Source: a virus. Taken from it: a DNA stretch of 64,000 nucleotides. Positions 55,870-64,000 of this stretch are shown here, one piece after another. The stretch spans positions 1-64,000 of the IMG/VR virus record IMGVR_UViG_3300037010_000365, one strand, 5' to 3'. The stretch's first letter is position 1. Each line of letters opens with the position of its first letter. The notes under the pieces were generated by a model. The model had not been told where the DNA came from. It saw nothing but the letters and a program-made list of their open reading frames with translations, and did no database searches. The translations under genes were made by a program, and so were the position numbers.

Positions 55870-57159
55870 ATGTCTAAAATTAAAGTAGCTATTGTAGGTG
55901 TTGGTAACTGTGCCAAATCATTAGTAGAAGGAATTCAATACTATAACGAAAATCCAAATGATACTGTCGGATTAATGTATCCTGATATTGGCGGCTATAA
56001 ATCTAGCGATATCGAATTTGTTGCTGGTTTTGACGTTGATATTCGTAAAGTTAATAAACCTCTAATTGAAGCTTTGCGAGCTAGTCCAAATTGTGCTATG
56101 GATCACGTTATTGAAATTACTGATAGCGAAATGACATCTTGTGTAACAAAGGGCGCCATGGTTTATTCAGGTCCAACCATGGATGGCGTTGCTCCATACA
56201 TGCTAGACTTTCCAGAAGAAGTATCTTTTCGTATCGGCGCTATTCCAGCAGAACCATTCGATCGAGTTGTCGAATTATTGAAATACCACAAAGTCGATGT
56301 AGTTATTAATTATCTACCAGTCGGGTCTGAAGAAGCTTCTAAGTTTTATATTGACGCAGCTATTAAAGCAAAATGCCACGTTGTTAACTGTATTCCTACA
56401 TTAATTTCAACAGCTGATACTATGGAATATGAACAAAAGTTTATTGATGCTGGGTTGACTATTGTTGGTTCTGATATGCGTTCTGCTTGGGGTGCTAGCC
56501 GATTATCTGAAGTGCTACAGGGTGCTATGCTAGATGCTGGTCTGCTAGTAACACAACATATCCAAATGAATATGGCAGCAGGCACTACGCAAGGTCAAGA
56601 AACCATTAGAACTGGCCGTACGGCAAACACTGATTTTTTAAACATGATTAGCAAGGATCGTTTACACAGCAAACATGTGTCGAAGGAAAATGTCTTGCGT
56701 GGCCAAAATTCCGTTCGAGACGTTGACACTGCTGGCATGACATTATATGCAGGTCCTTCGTTAACGGTTTTACAAAAGCCAGGTGGCCAATACGTTGGTT
56801 CAGATAATAAAATTGCTAATTTGGATCTAGTTGCTTACGGTTTCGGTGGAGCTCGATACGAATTAACTGCACGATTATCTGTACAAGACAGTCCTAATTC
56901 TGGCGGTGTAGTTGTATCAGCTATTCGTTTCTGTAAAGTAGCTAGTGAAATGGGTATTGTTGGATTTTTACGTGGACCTAGCGCTTATACCCAAAAGACA
57001 CCGCCATTACAGCTAAGCTCATCTGATTCAAAATTTGAATGTGACGCTTTGTCTCGTCGTGTGTTAACATCGTTAACAGAACCTCAACTTAAGATTAATA
57101 ACCCAGTCGCAACGGATTTGCCATATACGTTCCAATCAAGTAAAACTGATTATGAATAA
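55870..57159 (+). CDS. ino1: myo-Inositol-1(3)-phosphate synthase, bacterial type
   Basis: KVAIVGVGNCAKSLVEGIQYY, FVAGFDVD, NYLPVGSEEA, NTDFLNM, SKHVSK, DNKIA, DSPNSGG, QKTPP align with actinobacterial Ino1 motifs. Confidence 0.88.
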   Translation: MSKIKVAIVGVGNCAKSLVEGIQYYNENPNDTVGLMYPDIGGYKSSDIEFVAGFDVDIRKVNKPLIEALRASPNCAMDHVIEITDSEMTSCVTKGAMVYSGPTMDGVAPYMLDFPEEVSFRIGAIPAEPFDRVVELLKYHKVDVVINYLPVGSEEASKFYIDAAIKAKCHVVNCIPTLISTADTMEYEQKFIDAGLTIVGSDMRSAWGASRLSEVLQGAMLDAGLLVTQHIQMNMAAGTTQGQETIRTGRTANTDFLNMISKDRLHSKHVSKENVLRGQNSVRDVDTAGMTLYAGPSLTVLQKPGGQYVGSDNKIANLDLVAYGFGGARYELTARLSVQDSPNSGGVVVSAIRFCKVASEMGIVGFLRGPSAYTQKTPPLQLSSSDSKFECDALSRRVLTSLTEPQLKINNPVATDLPYTFQSSKTDYE

Positions 57160-57178
57160 TTGAAGTGGTTTAACAATA

Positions 57179-57568
57179 ATGAATCAAATTTATTCATACG
57201 ACATTGATGGAGTTATTAATTTAGATACTGGACGAATTGGTATTCGTCCAGGGTCTGTTAATGACGTTATTATTTCTGGTAGGTCTACTGACGAACTTAC
57301 TGACACTATAAAGTTTCTTCGAGATAACGGCATTGGTAACTACGTTTATCTTAATCCTATTCCATTCGAAGAAAAGACACGTGTTTTATCAGGTATTCAT
57401 AAAGGTAATACTATTTTAGCTTTGCGTGAATTAGGGTTGAATATCGTGACACATTATGAAGATGATGTAGTTCAAATTGAGCAGATAATGAAGATTGTCC
57501 CAGATTTAATAATTATTCACGTCAATCATAATGGAATTGTAAATTATGAAAACGTTAAAAGAGGTTAA
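57179..57568 (+). CDS. Minimal HAD-superfamily phosphatase
   Basis: YDIDGVI (motif I), ISGR (II), HK (III), YEDD (IV). Confidence 0.75.
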   Translation: MNQIYSYDIDGVINLDTGRIGIRPGSVNDVIISGRSTDELTDTIKFLRDNGIGNYVYLNPIPFEEKTRVLSGIHKGNTILALRELGLNIVTHYEDDVVQIEQIMKIVPDLIIIHVNHNGIVNYENVKRG

Positions 57569-57571
57569 ATA

Positions 57572-58624
57572 ATGAATTACGTATATGGAATCTTAGGTTC
57601 TATACCTAAACTTAAATTCTCTCATAATTCAGCTTATGCAAAAATATGGGCAAACGTTAGTAAATCTTGTATTACTGATGATTTAGATTCTGTTACATCT
57701 TCAGACAATGTTTTGCTGTATTTTGGTGTAGGGTTTAATGGTAAATTATTAAACCTTTTTGACGGTGCTAATTCTAAGTTGTTTAACAGACTTAATGCTT
57801 TCTTATCTTGTCAAGCTGAATTTACTAGTATTGATTTTGATATGCCAGACATTGGAGCTATGCTAACAATTAGAATTGGTAATAATACTACTGATCCGAG
57901 ATTTACTAAAGAGTTTCTTGATAAAATTAGTGATAAGTGTAAAACTGTTAAGCAAATTAACATGAAAGATTTTATTAATGACACTATTGTTATCGGTGAT
58001 TCACATAGTCTTTCAATGACTCCGCTAAATGCACCAGTAATTTATATGACAGGCAAAACAATGTTTGGTATTACTAAATCTGGATTATCAGAAATCGTTG
58101 ATTTGAATAATATCAATAAATTAACTTTATCGTTTGGTAGTATCGATATTCGACATCATTTATTCAGACAGACAAATCCTAATGTAGCTGCTACTAAACT
58201 GGTTACAGATTATCTGAATATGATTACTTTACTGTTAGACTCGCATCTGCAGATTAATATTGAATTATGTTCTACTGTTCCTGTTGAATTCGAAGGTAGA
58301 AAATTGCCAAAAACTGGCTATTATAAAGGTACCCCATTTGCTGGTAACAGACAACAGCGATTAGATGTAACGTTGATGATTAATAACATGCTTAGCGAAT
58401 TTGCAAATATGACAAATAGAGTTTCGTACATGTCATTTCCATTGGAATGGTATGAAATGGATCCTAAACTGTTTGCTGATACTATCATGGAAAGACCTAA
58501 ATCTGTTCATATCGGTTACCCGTTTTATAGACTAAATGATTTTGGTAAAGTAGAGCAGTTCAACGATGAAGAACCAGAGAATAATACAGAAAAACCTATG
58601 TTTTCTGGTCCTACTTTATTCTGA
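57572..58624 (+). CDS. SGNH/GDSL-like protein
   Basis: IVIGDSHS, SFGSIDIRHH, C-terminal SVH; ends in SGPTLF. Confidence 0.5.
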   Translation: MNYVYGILGSIPKLKFSHNSAYAKIWANVSKSCITDDLDSVTSSDNVLLYFGVGFNGKLLNLFDGANSKLFNRLNAFLSCQAEFTSIDFDMPDIGAMLTIRIGNNTTDPRFTKEFLDKISDKCKTVKQINMKDFINDTIVIGDSHSLSMTPLNAPVIYMTGKTMFGITKSGLSEIVDLNNINKLTLSFGSIDIRHHLFRQTNPNVAATKLVTDYLNMITLLLDSHLQINIELCSTVPVEFEGRKLPKTGYYKGTPFAGNRQQRLDVTLMINNMLSEFANMTNRVSYMSFPLEWYEMDPKLFADTIMERPKSVHIGYPFYRLNDFGKVEQFNDEEPENNTEKPMFSGPTLF

Positions 58625-58813
58625 TACTTATTATGGAAATACCATCGAATACACCGTTGAATTTAACCCATGTTAATACTTAATAATTTTGGATTGCTAT
58701 CATCAAGCGCTCCAAAATTATTCTAAACGGTTACAAAATTCTATTAACTAAAATGAGGGGGATATTAAATCATTAAAACACCAAATATTATTTCACATCC
58801 AGATTTTCCAATT

Positions 58814-60076
58814 ATGATGGACCATTGTTTTGTTGGCAAACCTCAAGAACCTGATTTTGATTATACACCAGATTCTTGGTATGATTCTTCTAAAGGGTTC
58901 GATAAAAATATCAATTATTCAAAATTAAGAGTGATTACACCAAAAGTTTCTAAAATATTATGGGAATCCGTTGACAAGGATTTTCTGCATGAAATGCGTA
59001 TGTTTACACATAATGTTCAAAGAACATGGGAAATCCATTATGGTGTAAGACCAGTTGAACATTATATTGCACCAAATCCTGCTCTTGCCCTTGACGTTGA
59101 ATATTTCGGGTTTTGGGTAACCGCAGACGACCGTTTAAGATATATTGCTGAAAATATAACAACTAATCCAGACTTACCATTAATAGACCAGATTGGCAAT
59201 GGTTTAGCATCACATTTTTACGGAGCAAGAAACGTACATAAAGCTATGAATGGCATTGATGATCCTAAAACAGCGTTAGTAAACTACAGTAAATTAGCAG
59301 AAGAACAAATTGAGTTTAAGACGTCTGGTATTATTGGGGAATACACCTTGCATATGAGATCCTTTCTTGAAGAACAGAAGAAGAAAGGTGAAAAACTCTG
59401 GGGAACTACTGAGCTACACACGTCTATCCAAACTGCTGGGCGTCGCTGGTTAAACGAGTGGTATAACGATGATAGACTACATCAAAATAAAGGTTCATCA
59501 AATAACGTTAATGAATGGATTGCTTCGTTTAAGAATTCTGGTTTGCTAGATAAAATGGTAGCTAATTCTGGATTAAAGTCAATGTGTGATATTCTTGGGT
59601 CTGAATGGGGTATCGGCGATTATTACCGGTTTCACGGTGGTTCTGATTTATCATTATGTCCTGAATTAAACGCATATATTGATGAACGATATGTGGTACC
59701 TGGTCCTGGAGCAACATGGACATTAAAAAATCTATATCCAGATTTATCAACTAAAGACGTTTCTCTTGCTGATAGAGTTATTTGGTTTAGAGAAAACCAA
59801 TCATATTTGCTAGGTCTTCCTGAGATTAATCCGTTTTTTCATAAACTGGAAGTCAATGGCATTAACATTTTTCCTGAACCGATTAATGAAATCAAAACAA
59901 CTCAAGCTGAAGTATGTCATTGCCAGTTCGGAATTTATGTAGATTTGCGAGACAATCCACATAAAATCGATAAACGAAAAGTAGCAAGAAACGATAATGC
60001 TACTTGCGCGATTGATAGCGTGCAATCACCGAATAAACGAAAAGCAGAAATTTATTCTGGACCTACTCTATTTTAA
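58814..60076 (+). CDS. aGPT-PPlase / amino acid:DNA transferase-like protein (HhH glycosylase-like fold)
   Basis: GIGDYYRFH..DL, YVVPGPGA, EVCHCQFGIY resemble motifs of the base-hypermodifying transferases; ends in SGPTLF. Confidence 0.6.
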   Translation: MMDHCFVGKPQEPDFDYTPDSWYDSSKGFDKNINYSKLRVITPKVSKILWESVDKDFLHEMRMFTHNVQRTWEIHYGVRPVEHYIAPNPALALDVEYFGFWVTADDRLRYIAENITTNPDLPLIDQIGNGLASHFYGARNVHKAMNGIDDPKTALVNYSKLAEEQIEFKTSGIIGEYTLHMRSFLEEQKKKGEKLWGTTELHTSIQTAGRRWLNEWYNDDRLHQNKGSSNNVNEWIASFKNSGLLDKMVANSGLKSMCDILGSEWGIGDYYRFHGGSDLSLCPELNAYIDERYVVPGPGATWTLKNLYPDLSTKDVSLADRVIWFRENQSYLLGLPEINPFFHKLEVNGINIFPEPINEIKTTQAEVCHCQFGIYVDLRDNPHKIDKRKVARNDNATCAIDSVQSPNKRKAEIYSGPTLF

Positions 60077-60089
60077 TAAAAGGAATTAA

Positions 60090-60584
60090 ATGATAGTTAT
60101 TATTGAAGGACCTGATCGGGTCGGTAAAGATTCACTATTATCTCAAGGGGTTTTTACAGAGTACGAACAGATTCATTGCGGATCACCAAAGCTAAAAACC
60201 AAAGATTATTACTATGGATATTATACTGGTTTATATCAATCATTAAATCAATTGAATACCCGTGTTGTATTAAATCGAAGTTCAATAGGTGAATATGTTT
60301 ATGGACATTTATATCGCAACAACGAATATGAATTGTTAGATATAGTAGATCCTCATCAAATTATTGCAAATCATGAAGTTAGAATAATCACATTAATCGA
60401 TTCAGCTGAAACTTTATTGTCTAGAGAAGACGGTGAATCATTTGGAAAAACGTTACAAGCAAAAAAAGATGAAATTGACCGGTTTATTAAAGTCACCGAA
60501 TTTTTTAATGGGTCAGTTATTAATTGCGCAGGTAAAACTTCTAATGAAGTATACGAAGAAGTTGTAGGAGTTATGTATGGATAG
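60090..60584 (+). CDS. P-loop dNMP (thymidylate-like) kinase
   Basis: IIEGPDRVGKD, LNRSSIGEYVYG. Confidence 0.75.
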   Translation: MIVIIEGPDRVGKDSLLSQGVFTEYEQIHCGSPKLKTKDYYYGYYTGLYQSLNQLNTRVVLNRSSIGEYVYGHLYRNNEYELLDIVDPHQIIANHEVRIITLIDSAETLLSREDGESFGKTLQAKKDEIDRFIKVTEFFNGSVINCAGKTSNEVYEEVVGVMYG

Positions 60585-61269
60585 AGTAAGCGATATTAGA
60601 AATCAGTTGGTAAACCAATATAACACAGGCGATTTTGTTATTGATAAGACTGGTGCAAAAATGGTAGAACTTATCGGCGCTACATTTATCGCTGATGAAG
60701 ATTGGATTATTAGAAAACCAAATATGGAATATGTTAAGCATGAGTTAGATTGGTACGAATCACAAAGCTTGAATGTTTATGATATACCTGGAGTTGTTCC
60801 AGAAATTTGGAAACAGATCGCAGACATGTATGGTAACATTAACTCTAATTATGGTTGGTGTATCTATTCTGATGAAAATTCAGCTCAATTCCAGAAATGC
60901 TTAAACGAATTACTAGCTAATAAATTTAGTCGACGATCAACTATGATTTATAATAGACCGTCTATGCATGAAGACTATAAAGAAAATGGTAAAAATGATT
61001 TTATTTGCACCTACGCTAATCAGTTTTTTATTAGAGACAACAAATTAGTTTCTCATTACATAATGCGGTCAAATGACTCGGTATTTGGGTATTGTAATGA
61101 TTATCAGTGGGCTAAATATGTACAGCAACATATGCTTTCTGAATTGCTATTAGACTATCCAGGTCTTGAGTTAGGCGATATCATATGGACAGCATCAAGT
61201 CTTCATGTATATGAACGACATTTTAAATTTATTGAAGAATATAAAGGAACACAAAATGGCAGTATTTAA
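60577..61269 (+). CDS. gp42: dCMP hydroxymethylase (T4 gp42-like thymidylate synthase homolog)
   Basis: ELDWYESQS, INSNYGW, IYNRPSM, DFICT, MRSNDSVFGYCNDY (Asp at the dCMP specificity position), SLHVYERHF. Confidence 0.88.
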   Translation: MDRVSDIRNQLVNQYNTGDFVIDKTGAKMVELIGATFIADEDWIIRKPNMEYVKHELDWYESQSLNVYDIPGVVPEIWKQIADMYGNINSNYGWCIYSDENSAQFQKCLNELLANKFSRRSTMIYNRPSMHEDYKENGKNDFICTYANQFFIRDNKLVSHYIMRSNDSVFGYCNDYQWAKYVQQHMLSELLLDYPGLELGDIIWTASSLHVYERHFKFIEEYKGTQNGSI

Positions 61270-61792
61270 TCAATGCTCACACTTAGTAAATGAAGAATCA
61301 TTAGCGCAAGTTCGTAACGCGGTGAACTTGTCTAAACATGTAGGTAATAACCCATTTCAATTAGTGCTAGACACTCAATTGAAATTGCAAAAAGAATTAG
61401 CTGCTAAGTTACCAGAAAATGGTAACATTGATCCTGAAAATATGGCCGATTGGGCTACTTGCGGTCAGATGGTAGATTATATGCGTGAACAGAAAGATTC
61501 ACTAGACGACGAGTTCCGTGAATTGCTTACATCATTCGGTGGGATGTCTAACGGTGAAAAATCAGCTACATCAGTCTGGAAGAAGTGGAAAAAAGATAAC
61601 CAGTCTAGACGTAACACTTTATTTTCTGAATTGTCAGAAGAAGATAAATTAGAAGTTTATATGGAATTAATCGATGCTGTTCATTTCTTTGCTAATAAAA
61701 TCAATGCATTAGGTTTAACAGCTGACGATGTTTGTGAGTTGTATCTCATTAAAAATGCTGAAAATTTTAATAGGTATAACGCTGGTTATTAA
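61256..61792 (+). CDS. gp56: dCTPase/dUTPase (T4 gp56-like)
   Basis: FNQCSHL, DEFRELL, WKKWK, MELIDAVHF, LYLIKNAENFNR..GY; ATG at 61256 after AAGGA. Confidence 0.88.
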   Translation: MAVFNQCSHLVNEESLAQVRNAVNLSKHVGNNPFQLVLDTQLKLQKELAAKLPENGNIDPENMADWATCGQMVDYMREQKDSLDDEFRELLTSFGGMSNGEKSATSVWKKWKKDNQSRRNTLFSELSEEDKLEVYMELIDAVHFFANKINALGLTADDVCELYLIKNAENFNRYNAGY

Positions 61793-61876
61793 TTTTATAC
61801 AAAACCGTTTAGTTTTACATCTAAACGGTTTACAAATCATTCGTGATGTAATATAATAATCAAAAAGGAGTACACC

Positions 61877-62510
61877 ATGCAAGATCATACACTGTCAGCT
61901 ATCTATAAAATCATTACAGGTAAAGACGAAGACTTAAAAGTAGACAACTCAGAATTAAACCAGATTGGTACTTAGCACTTTTGATTTAAATCAACTCACT
62001 GTAAACTTGCTCGCAAGCGATGGTAATCTTTATCCGTTTACATACAATTTAAGCAAGGTGGTAAACGGCGATGTTCTGGCATCAGCAACGACTAATATGC
62101 TAATCAAACGCAAATCAAAACAATCGCCAACCAGTATTCGATTTAACGATGTTGCTGTTTGGAATGCACGTGCAAAGATTAACGAAAAGCTTAATACGCT
62201 ACGACGTGAACTAACTAAGAAGTATATTGAACTAAAGCAACAGAAGAATATTCAAGATTATACTCACGAGCAAAAACAATTATATCTGAAGCTTTTAGAG
62301 TTCGAACAGCTTAGCGAAAAGGCTAAAGTTGAGTACGCATCCACATACTTTAAGAATAGCGGTATTAATTTAGATAGCTCTAATGATTATCAGGTTTCAA
62401 TTAACGGTTATACCCAGACATGGAAACACGGCAACCATCAAGAAGTATCTGTAGCTAAATTCGATTGGCATAATATGACCACCCATAATATTCACGGATA
62501 CTCGAATTAA
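61877..62510 (+). pseudogene. Hypothetical gene with an apparent frameshift near 61965
   Basis: AAGGAG RBS and ATG at 61877 give 32 codons then TAG; coding continues in another frame as ORF 61965-62510. Confidence 0.45.
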
Positions 62511-62737
62511 TGGGAAGAGTAGTACACAAATTTTACAGTCTATCCCACACTGATGCTGTCAAGATTATTAAAAAAATTAAAATGCGTAAGAATAAAACGT
62601 TATTTCCTAACGCTTCTTTTGTGTATGAAGAGCTGTCGTCTCTAGATTATGAAAGAACTAGTAATGGATCGACAAATTTGGTACGACCAAATAAAAAAGA
62701 TAGATGCGCTTTGACTGTTGAGTGGGATAAACTATGA
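62510..62737 (+). CDS. Hypothetical protein
   Basis: Translationally coupled ORF. Confidence 0.55.
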   Translation: MGRVVHKFYSLSHTDAVKIIKKIKMRKNKTLFPNASFVYEELSSLDYERTSNGSTNLVRPNKKDRCALTVEWDKL

Positions 62738-63018
62738 AATTAACTGGAATTGTAACAACTCAGAAAGAGTTTGATGTTAGTTTTAATAGTGTTTTACAGT
62801 CAATAAGCAAAGAGTTAACGGGCAGCACAGATTGGCGTGTAGATTATAATGAAGCAACAGGTCAACATCAATACCGTGTATACGAACGTGTATCATGGGA
62901 TGAGTATGATTACGTAACCAAAAGACTAGCAACAGATGAAGAGCAGAAAATCTTTTATGCTATTAACACACTGAAGGAGGTTTATCTTGCAAGAGAGTCT
63001 AACAAAGCACTTAGATGA
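62734..63018 (+). CDS. Hypothetical protein
   Basis: ATGA-coupled ORF. Confidence 0.6.
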   Translation: MKLTGIVTTQKEFDVSFNSVLQSISKELTGSTDWRVDYNEATGQHQYRVYERVSWDEYDYVTKRLATDEEQKIFYAINTLKEVYLARESNKALR

Positions 63019-63451
63019 TGTTGAAATTCCAACATCTTGCAGTTTTGAATATTCAATGTCAAACGGTAATGACCGGCACTACAAGGTAACACTTGGCTGG
63101 TTTGGGTATACAGACAATAAACCTTATTTAAAACGTAAGCTAGTTTACGATATTGTTATTCATATAAAGAGTTTTAACGAGTATTTTGTTTATATTATCG
63201 ATAGCTCGTTTACTGCAACTACATTAATACGAGTTCATATCACCGACGATTATTTTGGCGATGTTAGCGACTTAACTGAAGATGAAAAGATTCAGGTTAA
63301 AGGTTCTATAGGGATGGACATAGTTAAGACTAAAACTATTGCAATGTTAGGGCGGTGTAACATCAAGTACGCGCATATGCTATATGAGATTCATAAATCT
63401 GTTGAAGATCTTGAACAATCAGAACGCCAACAAAATAAAATAATTCATTAA
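62987..63451 (+). CDS. Hypothetical protein
   Basis: AAGGAGG RBS before a TTG start. Confidence 0.55.
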   Translation: MQESLTKHLDDVEIPTSCSFEYSMSNGNDRHYKVTLGWFGYTDNKPYLKRKLVYDIVIHIKSFNEYFVYIIDSSFTATTLIRVHITDDYFGDVSDLTEDEKIQVKGSIGMDIVKTKTIAMLGRCNIKYAHMLYEIHKSVEDLEQSERQQNKIIH

Positions 63452-63474
63452 ACGGTTTACAAATTAACAAAGGT

Positions 63475-63681
63475 GTGGTTACAATGGAAAATAATCAAGA
63501 TAGATTAACACTAGATTGCATTTGTAATCTGTTTATTGATAATTCAGTAGTGTTTATTGATAAGTTTGATATCAAAACCAAAGAGGATGTCTTAACTCTT
63601 GTGTTAAGACATCCAGATATCGCAACAAATTATATCTGGTGCGGATTAAAACATATAGTAAACGGAATACAAGATGTGTAA
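63475..63681 (+). CDS. Hypothetical protein
   Basis: 68 aa ORF in operon context. Confidence 0.45.
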   Translation: MVTMENNQDRLTLDCICNLFIDNSVVFIDKFDIKTKEDVLTLVLRHPDIATNYIWCGLKHIVNGIQDV

Positions 63682-64000
63682 TATTCAAAACTTATCAATG
63701 CTTCAATACTTAGAACGGAAATACACAGCTGATCGTTGTGTTATGATTCGTATCTTCGACAATACGTTTGATAAAGATTTATACCCAACTGCTGTATTCG
63801 ATGGTAGAGATGAGTTAGTTCGAGTGTATACGTTTGACGATGCTGACCGCGGTGAACCGAATACTCTTACTTTGGAAACGGCCAGCGATATTATCGCTGA
63901 TTTAAAATATGCGAAGGAATTGAACAAAGACGTTCGTGTTCATTGCCTAGCAGGCTTATCAAGATCGGGCGCAGTTACTCAGTTTGCAATAGACTATCTT
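63674..64000 (+). CDS. Protein tyrosine / dual-specificity phosphatase, truncated by the window end (not in the ORF track)
   Basis: Own translation contains FDD and VHCLAGLSRSGAV (CX5R motif). Confidence 0.8.
   Translation, partial: MCNIQNLSMLQYLERKYTADRCVMIRIFDNTFDKDLYPTAVFDGRDELVRVYTFDDADRGEPNTLTLETASDIIADLKYAKELNKDVRVHCLAGLSRSGAVTQFAIDYL

Noticed and set aside
60577-61269. Ordinary thymidylate synthase or dUMP hydroxymethylase
   Set aside because: Asp rather than Asn at the specificity position, close motif match to T4 gp42, and an adjacent dCTPase. A dCMP hydroxylase variant cannot be excluded.
6328-63927. Short - strand and nested ORFs in the track (e.g. 6328-6654, 10938-11312, 21893-22390, 26961-27329, 46597-46873, 63703-63927)
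   Set aside because: They are antisense or out-of-frame shadows of well-supported genes or structured tracts, with no RBS or recognisable motifs.

Overview
AT-rich segment of a large T4-like myovirus genome, almost entirely on the + strand. All protein calls come from motif recognition; no database search was run. Layout: 1-16 kb baseplate (gp6/gp7/gp8-like), a tailspike and duplicated tail-fibre/chaperone modules. 16-20.4 kb lysis genes interleaved with neck genes gp14/gp15. 20.4-33 kb terminase, portal, prohead, capsid, UvsY, tail tube and sheath. 34-43.4 kb UvsW, gp55, gp47/gp46, UvsX, ClpP-like protease and PhoH. 43.5-55.6 kb a plastic early region with repeated promoter/stem-loop cassettes, TilS, seven intact tRNAs, several tRNA relics, long structured non-coding tracts and genes with T4-type capsid-targeting N-termini. 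55.9-61.8 kb a nucleotide-modification operon. Most notable: (1) a dCMP hydroxymethylase/dNMP kinase/dCTPase operon that also holds a myo-inositol-phosphate synthase, a HAD phosphatase, an SGNH-like protein and an aGPT-PPlase-like DNA transferase, the last two ending in the same SGPTLF peptide, which suggests an undescribed inositol-linked cytosine hypermodification; (2) a large terminase broken into two genes at the Walker A motif by an atypically split intein, with a second mini-intein at Walker B; (3) two ORF-free, hairpin-rich tracts of about 700-780 nt that look like large ncRNAs; (4) a D-armless tRNA-Arg-like RNA and repeated stem RNAs next to a TROVE/vWA-like gene.
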